Positions 1 to 10,105 of a stretch of DNA of 64,000 nt are shown here, one piece after another. Every line of letters begins with the position of its first letter. Position 1 is the stretch's first letter. The stretch is from an uncultured delta proteobacterium (GTDB lineage: Bacteria > Desulfobacterota > WTBG01 > JAGOGO01), in contig CAVSIB010000016.1 in the NCBI GenBank assembly GCA_963727835.1, positions 20,511-84,510 of the forward strand, in the 5' to 3' direction. The notes below the pieces were generated by a model. It made no database searches and was not told where the DNA came from. It saw only the letters and a list, made by a program, of their open reading frames with translations. The translations under genes and the position numbers were made by a program.

Positions 1-1036
1 TACGTGGCCGCCGCTTTCCCGTCGGCCTGCGGCAAAACCAATCTTGCCATGCTGATTCCCACCGTCCCCGGCTGGAAGGTGGAAATGCGTCGGTGACGAT
101 ATCGCCTGGATGAAATTCGGCGAGGACGGCCGTTTGTACGCCATCAATCCCGAAGCCGGCTTCTTCGGAGTTGCTCCGGGCACGTCGCTGGATTCCAATT
201 ACAACGCCATGAAAGCAATAGAAAAGAACACCATCTTTACCAATGTTGCTTTGACAGAAGACAAAGACGTCTGGTGGGAAGGTATTGGATACGATGCGCC
301 TGCCGGCAAAATTATCGACTGGACGGGCAATGTCTGGACCAAAGACAGCGGTAAGGTTGCCGCTCATGCCAACTCCCGGTTCACGGCCCCGGCCAGACAG
401 TGTCCCGCGATCGACCCCGACTGGGAAAACCCCAAAGGCGTGCCCATCAGCGCATTTTTGTTCGGCGGCCGTCGCCCTTCCACCATTCCGCTGGTGCATC
501 AGTCGTTTAACTGGAATCACGGCGTATTCCTCGGATCGATTGTCGGCTCCGAAATTACCGCCGCCGCCATTTCCGCCAATATCGGACAGGTCCGGCGCGA
601 TCCGTTCGCCATGCTGCCTTTCTGCGGATACAACATGGGAGATTATTTCAAACACTGGATCAGCATCGGCACGAAAACGACGGAAGACAAACTGCCGAAA
701 ATCTTTTACGTCAACTGGTTTAGAAAAACGGCGGACGGCAAGTGGCTGTGGCCCGGCTACGGCGAAAACAGCCGCGTGTTGAAGTGGGTCTTCGAACGGT
801 CGGCCGGAAAGGGAAAAGCCAAGGAAACGCCGATCGGCTTTATGCCCACTGAAGATGCCATCGACACGACCGGACTGAGTGTAAGCGCAGCGGATATGAA
901 GGAACTTCTGGATGTCAATAAAGACGAGTGGAAGAAAGAAGTCCCCAGCATCCGCGAACATTACGCCAAGTTCGGCGATCGTCTGCCGGAAGAACTTAAA
1001 AAAGAACTCGACGCTCTGGAAAAACGTCTGAGCTAG
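1..1036 (+). CDS. pckG: GTP-dependent phosphoenolpyruvate carboxykinase, C-terminal part (5' end outside window); one reading-frame break near nt 83-85
   Basis: Frame 1 (nt 1-96) reads [28 protein letters not shown] then hits TGA. The frame starting ~nt 90 continues [33 protein letters not shown]...[10 protein letters not shown]...[15 protein letters not shown]. This is near-identical in pattern to eukaryotic/bacterial PEPCK-GTP. The two pieces join if one A is removed from the AAA run at 83-85. Confidence 0.85.
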
Positions 1037-1080
1037 TCAAAAAGGACGTCAGGCGTCAGTCAAAACTGACGAATCATGCA

Positions 1081-1132
1081 AAAGGCAGGGTATATTTGAA
1101 CATTTCATCAAGTGTGCCCTGCCTTATTTGTT
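1081..1132 (+). terminator. Possible intrinsic terminator after pckG (9-bp stem AAGGCAGGG/CCCTGCCTT, large loop, T-rich tail)
   Basis: Inverted repeat aaggcaggg...ccctgcctt is directly followed by atttgttg. The loop is long (~25 nt), so the call is weak. Confidence 0.25.
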
Positions 1133-1399
1133 GCGTCATGCCGGTCCGGTGTTCTTCAGGGAATATCCGGAATGTAAAAATATCTGTTTTATAATTATTT
1201 TGGTGACTTTAACCGGTTGGTAAAATTTTTCATTTTGTTCCGCAGAAGTGAGGAAATAATCAAAAACTTTCGCTCGTGATGTAACCGCATCGTATTTAAT
1301 TAAAGCACTTAAGCTTGCCCATTAGGTAACCTGCATAATTTTCCAAATATTTTTGGGCTTACCCCAGATAACAATCACCTATTTTTAGTGATCTTAAAT

Positions 1400-1985
1400 T
1401 AAGTAACTATAAAAAGGAGACGTCAAATGGAAAGCGCAGTGAGTTACCCCGCCCACAGGGCGGGGCATCTTAAAATAGTTTTAATTGCTTAGGAGATTTC
1501 GAGATGTTCACGATGGTATTTTATGTATTTGCTAATCACTTCTTTTGTCACCTTATCCCCAACCGTACGCACAAAATATCCATCCTCCCAAAATTCTCCT
1601 CCCCAAAGCTCTTCCTTTACTTCCGGATTCTCCTGAAATATTACACTGCACTGATTCCCTACTACCTTGGAAATACTGTGCCTCGGTGGAAACGAAAGAA
1701 AAATATGAACGTGATCTTCTGCTACCTCCAGCGTATCTATCTCGAAATCATGATTATTGGAAATCTCCTTAAATATTTCTTTTATTCGCACTCGAATATC
1801 TCTTCTCAAAATCAATTTTCGATACTTCGGAACCCACACCAGATGATATTTCGTGTCATATACCGCATGACTGATTCTTTTCAGTTCCATGCGTTAACTA
1901 TAACACGTTTTTCCCTGCCTTCGGCAGGAGAACTTTTCATCCCCGTTTACAAAACGGGGTATTCAAGTTCTGATTTTGCATAAAA
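1400..1985 (-). mobile_element. IS200/IS605-family insertion sequence (tnpA only) with subterminal hairpins
   Basis: Carries a Y1 HuH transposase ORF. Flanking GC-rich hairpins sit at 1447-1465 (ccccgccc acagg gcgggg), 1924-1938 (cctgcc-ttcg-ggcagg) and 1951-1969 (ccccgt-ttacaaa-acgggg). These are typical of IS200/IS605 ends and lie in an otherwise AT-rich intergenic region. Confidence 0.7.
1489..1890 (-). CDS. tnpA: IS200/IS605 family transposase TnpA (Y1 HuH tyrosine transposase)
   Basis: 133 aa. It has the YHLVWVPKYRK motif, the HuH motif HVHIFLSFPP and the catalytic Y-region (YFVRTVG...YIKYHRE), i.e. the classic IS200 TnpA architecture. Confidence 0.9.
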   Translation of the reverse strand: MELKRISHAVYDTKYHLVWVPKYRKLILRRDIRVRIKEIFKEISNNHDFEIDTLEVAEDHVHIFLSFPPRHSISKVVGNQCSVIFQENPEVKEELWGGEFWEDGYFVRTVGDKVTKEVISKYIKYHREHLEIS

Positions 1986-2098
1986 AAATTGCTCGGGTGA
2001 GTCTCTAAGGTCTGATTGATTTTTTTGGGTTTAAGGAAGCTAGAAGAGCATAATCTTTAAGGATAAATAAAATGAAGCTCCGACCAAACGGTGGGGCT

Positions 2099-2437
2099 TC
2101 ATTTTATGCGCTTTAGCTTGGGCGGGTCATCTTTGGGTTTATCCTTGTCCTCTTTTTCACCCTCGTTCGGAAAATTTACCACTGCTTTGCGGGAGATCAT
2201 TGCCCGCACCGAAGCCCAAGGGAAATAACAGGCAAATCTAGTTTCTCCAAACCGCAAAGGAGCAGTAACTCCGCTTTCATCCGCAAGCAGACGGGGCGAA
2301 GAGACATTTCCAAGGATAAAGTTGTGGAGTTTCCCGTAAAGATAGGGAGGAACCTTTACCCCACCCACATTGGTATCAACCACCAGATTGATATCCCCTT
2401 CGTCAAAAAGGACGTTGAAGATTGTCAGTTTTACCAT
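2099..2437 (-). CDS. Hypothetical protein (112 aa) with an acidic/lysine-rich C-terminal tail
   Basis: ORF with a plausible RBS context. No family recognised from sequence alone. Confidence 0.4.
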   Translation of the reverse strand: MVKLTIFNVLFDEGDINLVVDTNVGGVKVPPYLYGKLHNFILGNVSSPRLLADESGVTAPLRFGETRFACYFPWASVRAMISRKAVVNFPNEGEKEDKDKPKDDPPKLKRIK

Positions 2438-2605
2438 ATCTATTCTTCCTCAGGTGACCATTCTATCAGGAAAAGCTTAAAAGATAAAGTGTTTTCAAAA
2501 ATTTCTTTAACCAAGCTTTTTTTGACATAAAACATTCCCCAGTTGCCAACCTTCCCTTCCTGTGATAAGGAAATGCTTTATAAATCATTTTTTGGAGTAA
2601 TACCT

Positions 2606-3790
2606 ATGCCCATCGCTGATAAAATCCGTGATTTTATTGACCATGCCTCTTGGATCAGGCGGATGTTTGAGGAAGGCCGGCAGATGAAAACCCAATACGG
2701 GGAGAAAAATGTTTTTGATTTTAGTCTCGGAAACCCCATCCTTGAACCTCCCTTGGAATTCTCCGAAACACTCATGCACGTGGTTCAGGATAAAACTCCC
2801 GGCCGGCATGTGTATATGCCGAATGCTGGCTACCCTGAAACCAGGATGGCCATTGCTGATTATGTTTCCCATGAGCAGATGACCGCGGTTCCCTGGGATA
2901 ACATTGTGATGACCTGCGGCGCAGCCGGCGCCATCAATGTTATTTTTAAATCCTTACTCAACCCCGGAGAAGAAGTAATTCTTTTTACCCCCTACTTTGC
3001 GGAATATTATTTTTATGTGGACAACGCTGGCGGAAAACCGATACTGGTTCCTACTAAGGAGGACTTTTCGATTGATGTGGCAAAGCTCGAAACGTTTTTA
3101 AATTGTCAAACCAGAGCAGTGCTTATCAACTCTCCGAATAACCCCACCGGGAAAGTCTATTCTGAAAACAACTTAAAGGAATTAGCCCAGCTTCTTGCCC
3201 AAAAGAGCAAAGCATTCGGAAAACCCATCTACCTGATTTCTGATGAGCCTTACAAAAAGATCATTTATGATGGCGTGCGGGTCCCGGCGGTTTTACCCCT
3301 CTACCCCTACAGTTTTATTGCCACCTCGTATTCCAAAACGCTTTCCTTGGCCGGCGAGCGGATTGGCTATATTGCCGCCCACCCTGCGATTGACGATGTC
3401 AAAAAAATCATCGATGGTTTTATTATCTGCCTCCGGATATTGGGTTTTGTTAATGCCCCTGCGCTTATGCAGCGAGTAATCGCAAAGGTTACTGAATTAG
3501 CCTGTGATCCGACTGAGTATAAAAAGAAACGCGATCTCCTTTGCGAAGGATTAGCCGCCCGTGGCTATCAGTTTTACAAGCCAGAAGGAGCGTTTTATCT
3601 TTTTCCCAAAAGTCTCATCCCGGATGATGTCCAGTTTGTCCGGTTGCTGCAAAAGGAACGAATCCTCACCGTCCCAGGCTCTGGATTTGGTACGTCTGGC
3701 TACTTCCGGATTTCGTACTGTGTGGCAGATGAAACGATCGCGAGGTCAATGGAGGGGTTTAAGACGGTTGCTGAGAGGTTTCTACGCTAA
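2606..3790 (+). CDS. PLP-dependent aminotransferase, class I/II fold (AspC/alanine-aminotransferase-like)
   Basis: Contains NPTGKVY and the PLP-lysine context SYSKTLSLAGERIGY, with overall aminotransferase class I length. The start is taken at MPIADKIRDF; the ORF extends 5' to 2543. Confidence 0.8.
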   Translation: MPIADKIRDFIDHASWIRRMFEEGRQMKTQYGEKNVFDFSLGNPILEPPLEFSETLMHVVQDKTPGRHVYMPNAGYPETRMAIADYVSHEQMTAVPWDNIVMTCGAAGAINVIFKSLLNPGEEVILFTPYFAEYYFYVDNAGGKPILVPTKEDFSIDVAKLETFLNCQTRAVLINSPNNPTGKVYSENNLKELAQLLAQKSKAFGKPIYLISDEPYKKIIYDGVRVPAVLPLYPYSFIATSYSKTLSLAGERIGYIAAHPAIDDVKKIIDGFIICLRILGFVNAPALMQRVIAKVTELACDPTEYKKKRDLLCEGLAARGYQFYKPEGAFYLFPKSLIPDDVQFVRLLQKERILTVPGSGFGTSGYFRISYCVADETIARSMEGFKTVAERFLR

Positions 3791-4235
3791 AATTTTCTCA
3801 TCAATAAAATAAAGCGCGGCAATGGGCCATGTGTTCCAAAGTTGATTGCTTTCGTCAGTTTGGATGAAGAGTGAGCACCGCCCGGATAATTCGATCTTTG
3901 CTCTCCTGACCATAGAAATCTTGATTCCAAAGCCTAATGATACAAAAAAAGAATTGCCATCCTCTTTCACAAAAATAAAAAAATCCAAGACCAGTATATC
4001 TTATTCCCTATTTTGCGGACATTTTGCGAAAAGAAGGCAAGAAGGTTATTTTTTTATTCGGCACCAAAAAATTGGTGTTCGTTGATACTAACAAAACAAC
4101 CAGCATGGGAACAGCCACGTATGCCCTGAAGGTAAAACCGTTTGATAACCGCCGGACTGGAGGAATCTATTTTTATTTTTAAATCTCTGATTCTTGTTAA
4201 ATCAATACTCACTATTAAAGTCAATCGCCTAAGCA

Positions 4236-5195
4236 ATGACTAAAGCTAATACACAGATTGCTTGTGGAGTTATTCTCTTTGCCTTTGCGGAAATCTTCAT
4301 GCTCCAGAGAGTAGAGCCGTTTGCCTCCTGGTTTTATCCTCTTGCGTGGTGGTGTTATATCTTCATTGTTGATGGGATCATCTTTCGCATCCGGGGAAAC
4401 TCCCTCATATTAAGCCGGAGGCGTGAATTTTTGGTCATAATCCCCTGGTCAGTTGCCTTCTGGCTTTTTTTCGAAATGATCAACCTTCGTATGCAAAACT
4501 GGCAATACGTAAATGTAATCGGAACCCTTTGGCTACGCTGGGTTGGCTATTTCATATCTTTTGCCACGGTCTTACCCGGCATGTTTGAAACCTATGAGCT
4601 TCTTGGTTGCCTTAATCTTTATTTAAAAGTTAAAACCCGCCGACTGGTTTTTTCCAATTCCTGGATTTCCGTCTTTTCTATTTTGGGCGCCCTGTTTCTG
4701 CTTGCCCCGCTTATTTTTCCCCGATATTGTTTTCCGCTTATCTGGCTTGGGGTCTTTTTTCTCTTGGACCCCATAAACTATCTCCACGGAAGTCCTTCTT
4801 TGATTCGAGACTTGGAGAAAGGAAATTTTCGTAGACTGTTGCTCTTGCTTACTGCAGGTTTAATCTGCGGGTTCCTCTGGGAATTTTGGAATTTTTGGGC
4901 GGCTTCTAAATGGGTTTACACAGTCCCCTTTTTTGAAAGACTTAAAATCTTTGAGATGCCTTTAGCAGGATTTCTCGGGTTTCCTCCTTTGGCTTTAGAA
5001 GCTTTCGTCTTTTACAATTTTATCTCTTTATTCCGCTTTAAGCGAAACTGGGATAAAGACGGTTCCCTCATATCTCCTGAAAAGAAACTGAGCAAAAAGG
5101 CAATTTTTGTGGTCGCAATAATTCTTTTGGGTTTCTATGTCTTAGCTTTTCATGCTCTTGATGTTTGCACCGTAAAATCCTATTCCTACCCATAG
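4236..5195 (+). CDS. Hypothetical polytopic membrane protein (~8 TM helices)
   Basis: Multiple hydrophobic segments rich in W/F. No recognisable catalytic motif. Confidence 0.5.
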   Translation: MTKANTQIACGVILFAFAEIFMLQRVEPFASWFYPLAWWCYIFIVDGIIFRIRGNSLILSRRREFLVIIPWSVAFWLFFEMINLRMQNWQYVNVIGTLWLRWVGYFISFATVLPGMFETYELLGCLNLYLKVKTRRLVFSNSWISVFSILGALFLLAPLIFPRYCFPLIWLGVFFLLDPINYLHGSPSLIRDLEKGNFRRLLLLLTAGLICGFLWEFWNFWAASKWVYTVPFFERLKIFEMPLAGFLGFPPLALEAFVFYNFISLFRFKRNWDKDGSLISPEKKLSKKAIFVVAIILLGFYVLAFHALDVCTVKSYSYP

Positions 5196-5374
5196 AATTT
5201 TTACACCTCCCCCTGCCAAATAAATAGTCTTCCTTAACGTCAAATCAATGAATTGATGGGCTTGAGCGAGGTGATAAATGGATTGCAAGGCATCCGAAAT
5301 AATGTTAGACAACCTTTCTGAAAAGTGTTAACATATTAATATATATTTAATATAGTTGAATTAACGGTTATTTT

Positions 5375-6232
5375 TTGCATCTGGGAAAGGAAATCTTGCG
5401 CATGTTAAATGCTGAACAGATTAAAAAATTAGAGTCTCTTGCCAAGACCATTCGCGTTGATATTCTAAAAATGCTCAACCAAGCTTCCTCCGGCCATACA
5501 GGTGGCTCTCTTTCTACAGTTGAGATTATCGTTTCTTTATATTTTCATAAAATGCGGCACAACCCTAAAGATCCAACCTGGCCTGATCGGGACCGTTTTG
5601 TTCTTTCTAAAGGACATGGGGCACCGGCTCTCTATACTGTCTTAGCCCGAAGTGGTTACTTTGATCTTTCTGAGCTTATGAATTTAAGAAAATTAGGGAG
5701 TATTCTCCAAGGTCATCCGGACATGAAGGTGACGCCGGGAATTGATATTTCGACTGGCTCCCTCGGCCAGGGTCTTTCCATGGCCAATGGAATGGCATTG
5801 GCGTTAAAGCTTGATAAACGTCCTTCGCGTGTCTATGTACTTATGGGAGACGGAGAAAACCAGGAAGGTCAAATTTGGGAAGCTGCGATGGCAGCGGCTC
5901 ACTATAAGTTGGATAATGTATGCGGGATTCTTGATCATAATGGACTCCAAATTGATGGCCCGGTAAACGAAATTATGGAGATAGAACCAATTGCCGATAA
6001 GTGGGCCTGTTTCGGGTGGGAAGTTTTTCGTGTCAATGGACATGATTTTCAGGAGATTATCTCTGCTTTGGATAAAGCCGAAACCGTAAAGAACAAACCT
6101 TCCGTGATCGTTGCGAGAACGATAAAAGGTAAAGGCGTGTCTTTTTTTGAAGGTAAAGTTGAATATCATGGGATCCCCCCCACGGACGAGGAGTTGGCAA
6201 AAGCATTAATTGAGTTAGGAATAAAATCGTAA
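5375..6232 (+). CDS. tkt: Transketolase, N-terminal (TPP-binding) subunit
   Basis: GHTGGSLS, LSKGHGAPALY and GDGENQEG (TPP-binding GDG) motifs. This is the split transketolase arrangement. Confidence 0.9.
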   Translation: MHLGKEILRMLNAEQIKKLESLAKTIRVDILKMLNQASSGHTGGSLSTVEIIVSLYFHKMRHNPKDPTWPDRDRFVLSKGHGAPALYTVLARSGYFDLSELMNLRKLGSILQGHPDMKVTPGIDISTGSLGQGLSMANGMALALKLDKRPSRVYVLMGDGENQEGQIWEAAMAAAHYKLDNVCGILDHNGLQIDGPVNEIMEIEPIADKWACFGWEVFRVNGHDFQEIISALDKAETVKNKPSVIVARTIKGKGVSFFEGKVEYHGIPPTDEELAKALIELGIKS

Positions 6233-6247
6233 GAAAGGGGTAAGGTC

Positions 6248-7207
6248 TTGAAGTTAACAGGAATACGAGAAGCTTACGGAGAAACCTTAGCTGCGCTGGG
6301 TGAACTCTATCCCGAAATTGTGGTCTTAGATGCTGATTTATCTGGTTCTACCAAAACCAGCCTGTTTGCCAAAAAATTTCCCGGCCGCTTTTTCAACATG
6401 GGTGTAGCGGAGCAAAACCTGATGGGTACAGCAGCCGGATTGGCGGCAAGCGGGAAAACAGTTTTCGCAAGCACGTTTGCTATTTTTGCCAGTGGTAGAG
6501 CTTGGGAACAAGTCAGATACAATATCGCTTACAACAAGCTCAACGTAAAGATTGTGGCCAGTCATGGCGGTGTTACGGTAGGGGAGGATGGGGGGTCGCA
6601 CCAGTCGGCGGAAGACATAGCAATAATGAGAGTACTGCCGGGGATGCACGTTATTGTTCCCATGGATGGGAAAGAGATGCAGGAAGTCATCAGGACCGTA
6701 GTAAAAATACCTGGGCCTTTTTATATCCGTTCATCCCGGGTTAAGTTTCCCCTTATTTTAGGCGATGACTACACCTTTGAACTCGGTAAAGGAAAAATTC
6801 TCAGAGAAGGCAAAGATATATCCCTTATTGGGTGCGGCCTTATGGTTTCGCAATGTCTGGAAGCTGCTGAAACCTTGGCGAAGGAAGGCATCACCGCGCG
6901 GGTAGTGAGCCTCTCCACCATCAAACCTATCGATGAAGAACTGCTGGTTGACTGCTCCTTAAAGACCCGTGGTATTGTGACGGCCGAAGAACACTCAGTT
7001 ATTGGTGGTCTGGGCAGTGCGGTTGCCGAGGTGCTTTCGGGGAAAAACCCTACCCGTATTGCAAGAATTGGGGTTCAGGATAAATTTGGAGTATCGGGGA
7101 GTGCCCCTGATCTGCTCAAATATTTGGGGTTAACTCCCGGCAATATTGTGAAAGCCGCTCAACAAATAATGGAACACAGAAGCCAGAAGACGGCACCGGT
7201 GGTCTGA
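6248..7207 (+). CDS. tkt: Transketolase, C-terminal (pyrimidine-binding/C-terminal domain) subunit
   Basis: FNMGVAEQNLMGTAAGLA...HGGVTVGEDGGSHQ is typical of transketolase subunit B. It lies immediately downstream of subunit A. Confidence 0.9.
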   Translation: MKLTGIREAYGETLAALGELYPEIVVLDADLSGSTKTSLFAKKFPGRFFNMGVAEQNLMGTAAGLAASGKTVFASTFAIFASGRAWEQVRYNIAYNKLNVKIVASHGGVTVGEDGGSHQSAEDIAIMRVLPGMHVIVPMDGKEMQEVIRTVVKIPGPFYIRSSRVKFPLILGDDYTFELGKGKILREGKDISLIGCGLMVSQCLEAAETLAKEGITARVVSLSTIKPIDEELLVDCSLKTRGIVTAEEHSVIGGLGSAVAEVLSGKNPTRIARIGVQDKFGVSGSAPDLLKYLGLTPGNIVKAAQQIMEHRSQKTAPVV

Positions 7208-7281
7208 GCAGTAAAGTGATTGGGGTACACCACAACATAAGAAGGATGAAAAGCAATCTGGGTTGACGCTTTTTACACGAG

Positions 7282-8004
7282 ATGAGCAGCATGATTCAGA
7301 TGTTCCATGTTTATAAAAACTATTCTCCTAAATACTCCGCTCTATCTGATATCAGCCTGAAGATTGAGAAGGGAGAATTTGTCTTTATTTTTGGTCCAAG
7401 TGGGGCTGGAAAGAGTACTCTCTTAAAACTAATTTTTGGAGCGGAACACCCGTCCAAGGGACAGATAATCGTTAATGGAATGAATTTCGGGAGGATCAAA
7501 AAATCAACTCTTCCTTTGTTGCGACGGCGGATGGGATTTGTTTTTCAGGACTTTAAGCTTTTAAATCACCGGACGGTGTTTGATAATGTTGGTTTGGCTT
7601 TGGAAGTGGTTGGACTTAAACAAACTGAAATCAAACGCAAAGTCCAACAGGTCTTAAAACATGTTGGGCTGTCAACCCGGATCAACACCCTGCCCTTAGT
7701 TCTCTCCGGTGGTGAACAACAGCGGGTTGCTATTGCCCGGGCGATTGTTAACGAACCCACACTCCTTTTGGCCGATGAACCCACCGGTAATTTAGATGCC
7801 GAACTTACCAAAGAAATCATGAAACTTTTTAAAATAATCAATGCCTGGGGAACAACCATCGTCATCGCCACCCATGATAAAAATCTTTTAAACTTTCACC
7901 CCACCAAAGTGGTAGCCTTGGAGAAAGGTAAAATCAAAGGAGTCTTTGTTGCCGGTCGAAAAGGTGCAGAAGACGCGGCCACCCGGGAAGGTTCAATAAA
8001 TTAG
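7282..8004 (+). CDS. ftsE: Cell-division ABC transporter ATP-binding protein FtsE
   Basis: Walker [13 protein letters not shown] signature [14 protein letters not shown], Walker [13 protein letters not shown]. Followed by ftsX. Confidence 0.9.
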   Translation: MSSMIQMFHVYKNYSPKYSALSDISLKIEKGEFVFIFGPSGAGKSTLLKLIFGAEHPSKGQIIVNGMNFGRIKKSTLPLLRRRMGFVFQDFKLLNHRTVFDNVGLALEVVGLKQTEIKRKVQQVLKHVGLSTRINTLPLVLSGGEQQRVAIARAIVNEPTLLLADEPTGNLDAELTKEIMKLFKIINAWGTTIVIATHDKNLLNFHPTKVVALEKGKIKGVFVAGRKGAEDAATREGSIN

Positions 8005-8014
8005 GGCACTCATC

Positions 8015-8911
8015 GTGAAGCGATTTTATTATTTTATTAAAAAAGCTTTTCAAAACTTAAGACACTTTTTTCTTATCAACCTTATTACTGTTGGCATCAT
8101 CAGCCTTTCTTTGCTAGTGCTCAGCACCTTTTTTATGGTATTTTTAAACCTCCAAACTTACCTGAATAAATGGAAGGACCAAATCCAGGTTTCCGTTTAC
8201 TTGGCGGATAGCAATACGCCTGAAGATATTCCTTTAATCCAAAAAAAAATAAACTCATTTCCACAGGTGAAAAAATTGTCCCTTATCACCAAAGAAGAAG
8301 CGCTCAGTTTTTTTAAAGACAGCTTTCCCGGACAAAAGAAGGCGTTAGAAAGTTTGAAAGATAATCCTCTTCCTGCTTCAATGGATATTCAACTGCAGGA
8401 TGAGTATCGAGGTCCTGAGGAAGTAAAATTTTTTGCCCTCCAGATTAAAAAAATACCCGGCGTTGAAGACGTGGAGTATGGTCAAACCTGGATTGAGGGG
8501 TATGCAAATTTTCTAAGATTCATGCGATCAGCAGGATTAGCAGTGGGAGTTGTTATTTTGCTGGCCACAATCTTTATTATCTCCAATACCATAAAACTTA
8601 CGCTTTTTGCCCGAAAAGATGAGATCGAGATAATGAAACTCGTAGGCGCAACCAATTTTTTTATAAGAGTCCCTTTCTTTCTGGAGGGAATTCTCCAAGG
8701 TCTCTTGGGCGCTTTTTTTGCACTCATTGTCCTGTTCGTTTCCTATCAACTCTTTAGCAACTGGATCGCCCAATCATCGTATTTCTCGTTAAAATTTTTT
8801 AAAATATTTTTTCTTCCGCTTCCTTACCTTCTTCTTATTACTGCGGTGGGGGTGGCAACAGGATTCTTGGGGAGTTTTTTCTCTTTGGGCAGATATTTAA
8901 AGTATGAATAA
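8015..8911 (+). CDS. ftsX: Cell-division permease FtsX
   Basis: N-terminal TM helix, periplasmic domain, then three C-terminal TM helices. Position after ftsE. Confidence 0.85.
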   Translation: MKRFYYFIKKAFQNLRHFFLINLITVGIISLSLLVLSTFFMVFLNLQTYLNKWKDQIQVSVYLADSNTPEDIPLIQKKINSFPQVKKLSLITKEEALSFFKDSFPGQKKALESLKDNPLPASMDIQLQDEYRGPEEVKFFALQIKKIPGVEDVEYGQTWIEGYANFLRFMRSAGLAVGVVILLATIFIISNTIKLTLFARKDEIEIMKLVGATNFFIRVPFFLEGILQGLLGAFFALIVLFVSYQLFSNWIAQSSYFSLKFFKIFFLPLPYLLLITAVGVATGFLGSFFSLGRYLKYE

Positions 8912-10079
8912 AAAGTTATTGTTTTTTTTAGCGTTAGTCTTTTCTGGTTTTTTTGCCCTTTCTGGAGACTTAAAAGCTGAGGAAAAAAAAGCACCTAAGG
9001 AAAAAAATGAATTAAAAGAGATTCAAAAAAAAATTGAAGCTAAACAGGCCCGAATCAAAAAAGCTGAAAAAACGGAAGAAAAAGTCATTTCTGATTTAGA
9101 CGACATCGAAGAAGTGCTTTCCCAAAAACAACAAGAACTTAAACATTATGGGGTCAACTTAAAAAATCAGGAGAAAAAGATTACTGCTTTAAATCAGGAA
9201 ATTGACAAACTAAAGGCAGAAATAATTCAAGAGGAAAGGTTTTTGGCTGATCGGGTAAAGGTTCTTTACCAACTGGGACGCTTGAGTTTTTCAAAAGCAA
9301 TTTTTTCTTCTGAGTCTTTTTCTACATTGATGCGACGGTATGGTTACCTAACCCGATTAATTGATTATAATGTGGGCACAATTAATGATTATTCCCAAAA
9401 ACTCGATCTGCTCCAACACGACAAACAAAGACTCAAGGAGACCGAAAATGCACTGGAAGTTTTGACCCAACAAACCCGTTCCGTTCAGAAAACAATTCTT
9501 AACCATCAAGAAGAAAAAACTAGTTTATTAGTCAGGGTCAGATCGGAAAAGCAACTCCAGCTTAAGGCGCTCGAAGAACTTAAGCAGGCTTCCCAACGGC
9601 TCCAGAGATTGATTGATAAGTTGGATAAGCAAAAAGCCATAACGTCTCTTCCTTCTGAAAAGTTTCCCTCGGAATACCCTTTTTCCTTACGGGGAAAGCT
9701 CGATTTCCCCGTGGAGGGCAAAGTCATTACTTTCTTTGGCGAGCATGAAGACCAAGAATTTGCCACCGTCTCTTTCAATAAGGGAATTGAAATAACTGCC
9801 CGACTCGGAAGCCCGATAAAGGCAGTCTTAAAGGGTACTGTTATTTATTCCGGGTGGTTTAAAGGTTACGGAAATATTATTATCATTGATCATGGTGCTG
9901 GGCTTTATACCCTTTCTGGTCATGTTTCCGAGCTTTTAAAACCGGTGGGCACCCCAGTGAAAACCGGAGAGACAATCGCCCTTGTGGGTGATACTGGATC
10001 GCTTAAGGGCTCTAACCTTTACTTTGAAATTAGGCACCACGGCCAGCCCTTAAATCCGCTGGAGTGGTTAAAAAAATAA
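8904..10079 (+). CDS. envC: EnvC-like murein hydrolase activator (coiled coil + degenerate M23/LytM domain)
   Basis: Signal peptide, long K/E/Q-rich coiled coil, and a C-terminal LytM domain (IIIDHGAGLYTLSGH...LYFEIRHHGQPLNPLEWL) lacking the HxH metal motif, as in EnvC. Encoded directly after ftsEX. Confidence 0.8.
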   Translation: MNKKLLFFLALVFSGFFALSGDLKAEEKKAPKEKNELKEIQKKIEAKQARIKKAEKTEEKVISDLDDIEEVLSQKQQELKHYGVNLKNQEKKITALNQEIDKLKAEIIQEERFLADRVKVLYQLGRLSFSKAIFSSESFSTLMRRYGYLTRLIDYNVGTINDYSQKLDLLQHDKQRLKETENALEVLTQQTRSVQKTILNHQEEKTSLLVRVRSEKQLQLKALEELKQASQRLQRLIDKLDKQKAITSLPSEKFPSEYPFSLRGKLDFPVEGKVITFFGEHEDQEFATVSFNKGIEITARLGSPIKAVLKGTVIYSGWFKGYGNIIIIDHGAGLYTLSGHVSELLKPVGTPVKTGETIALVGDTGSLKGSNLYFEIRHHGQPLNPLEWLKK

Positions 10080-10105
10080 ACGGATAAGCATAAGGAGAGG
10101 AAAAA

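Noticed and set aside
285-782. 165-aa Pro/Ser/Arg-rich ORF overlapping pckG in another frame.
   Set aside because: Lies entirely inside the highly conserved PEPCK coding frame. Typical spurious alternate-frame ORF in GC-richer coding sequence.
5804-6169. Numerous antisense ORFs of 60-160 aa inside tkt, arn genes, opgH and others in the six-frame track.
   Set aside because: Each is fully embedded opposite to, or out of frame with, a strongly conserved gene. They lack RBS/start context and domain signal, and are treated as non-coding.
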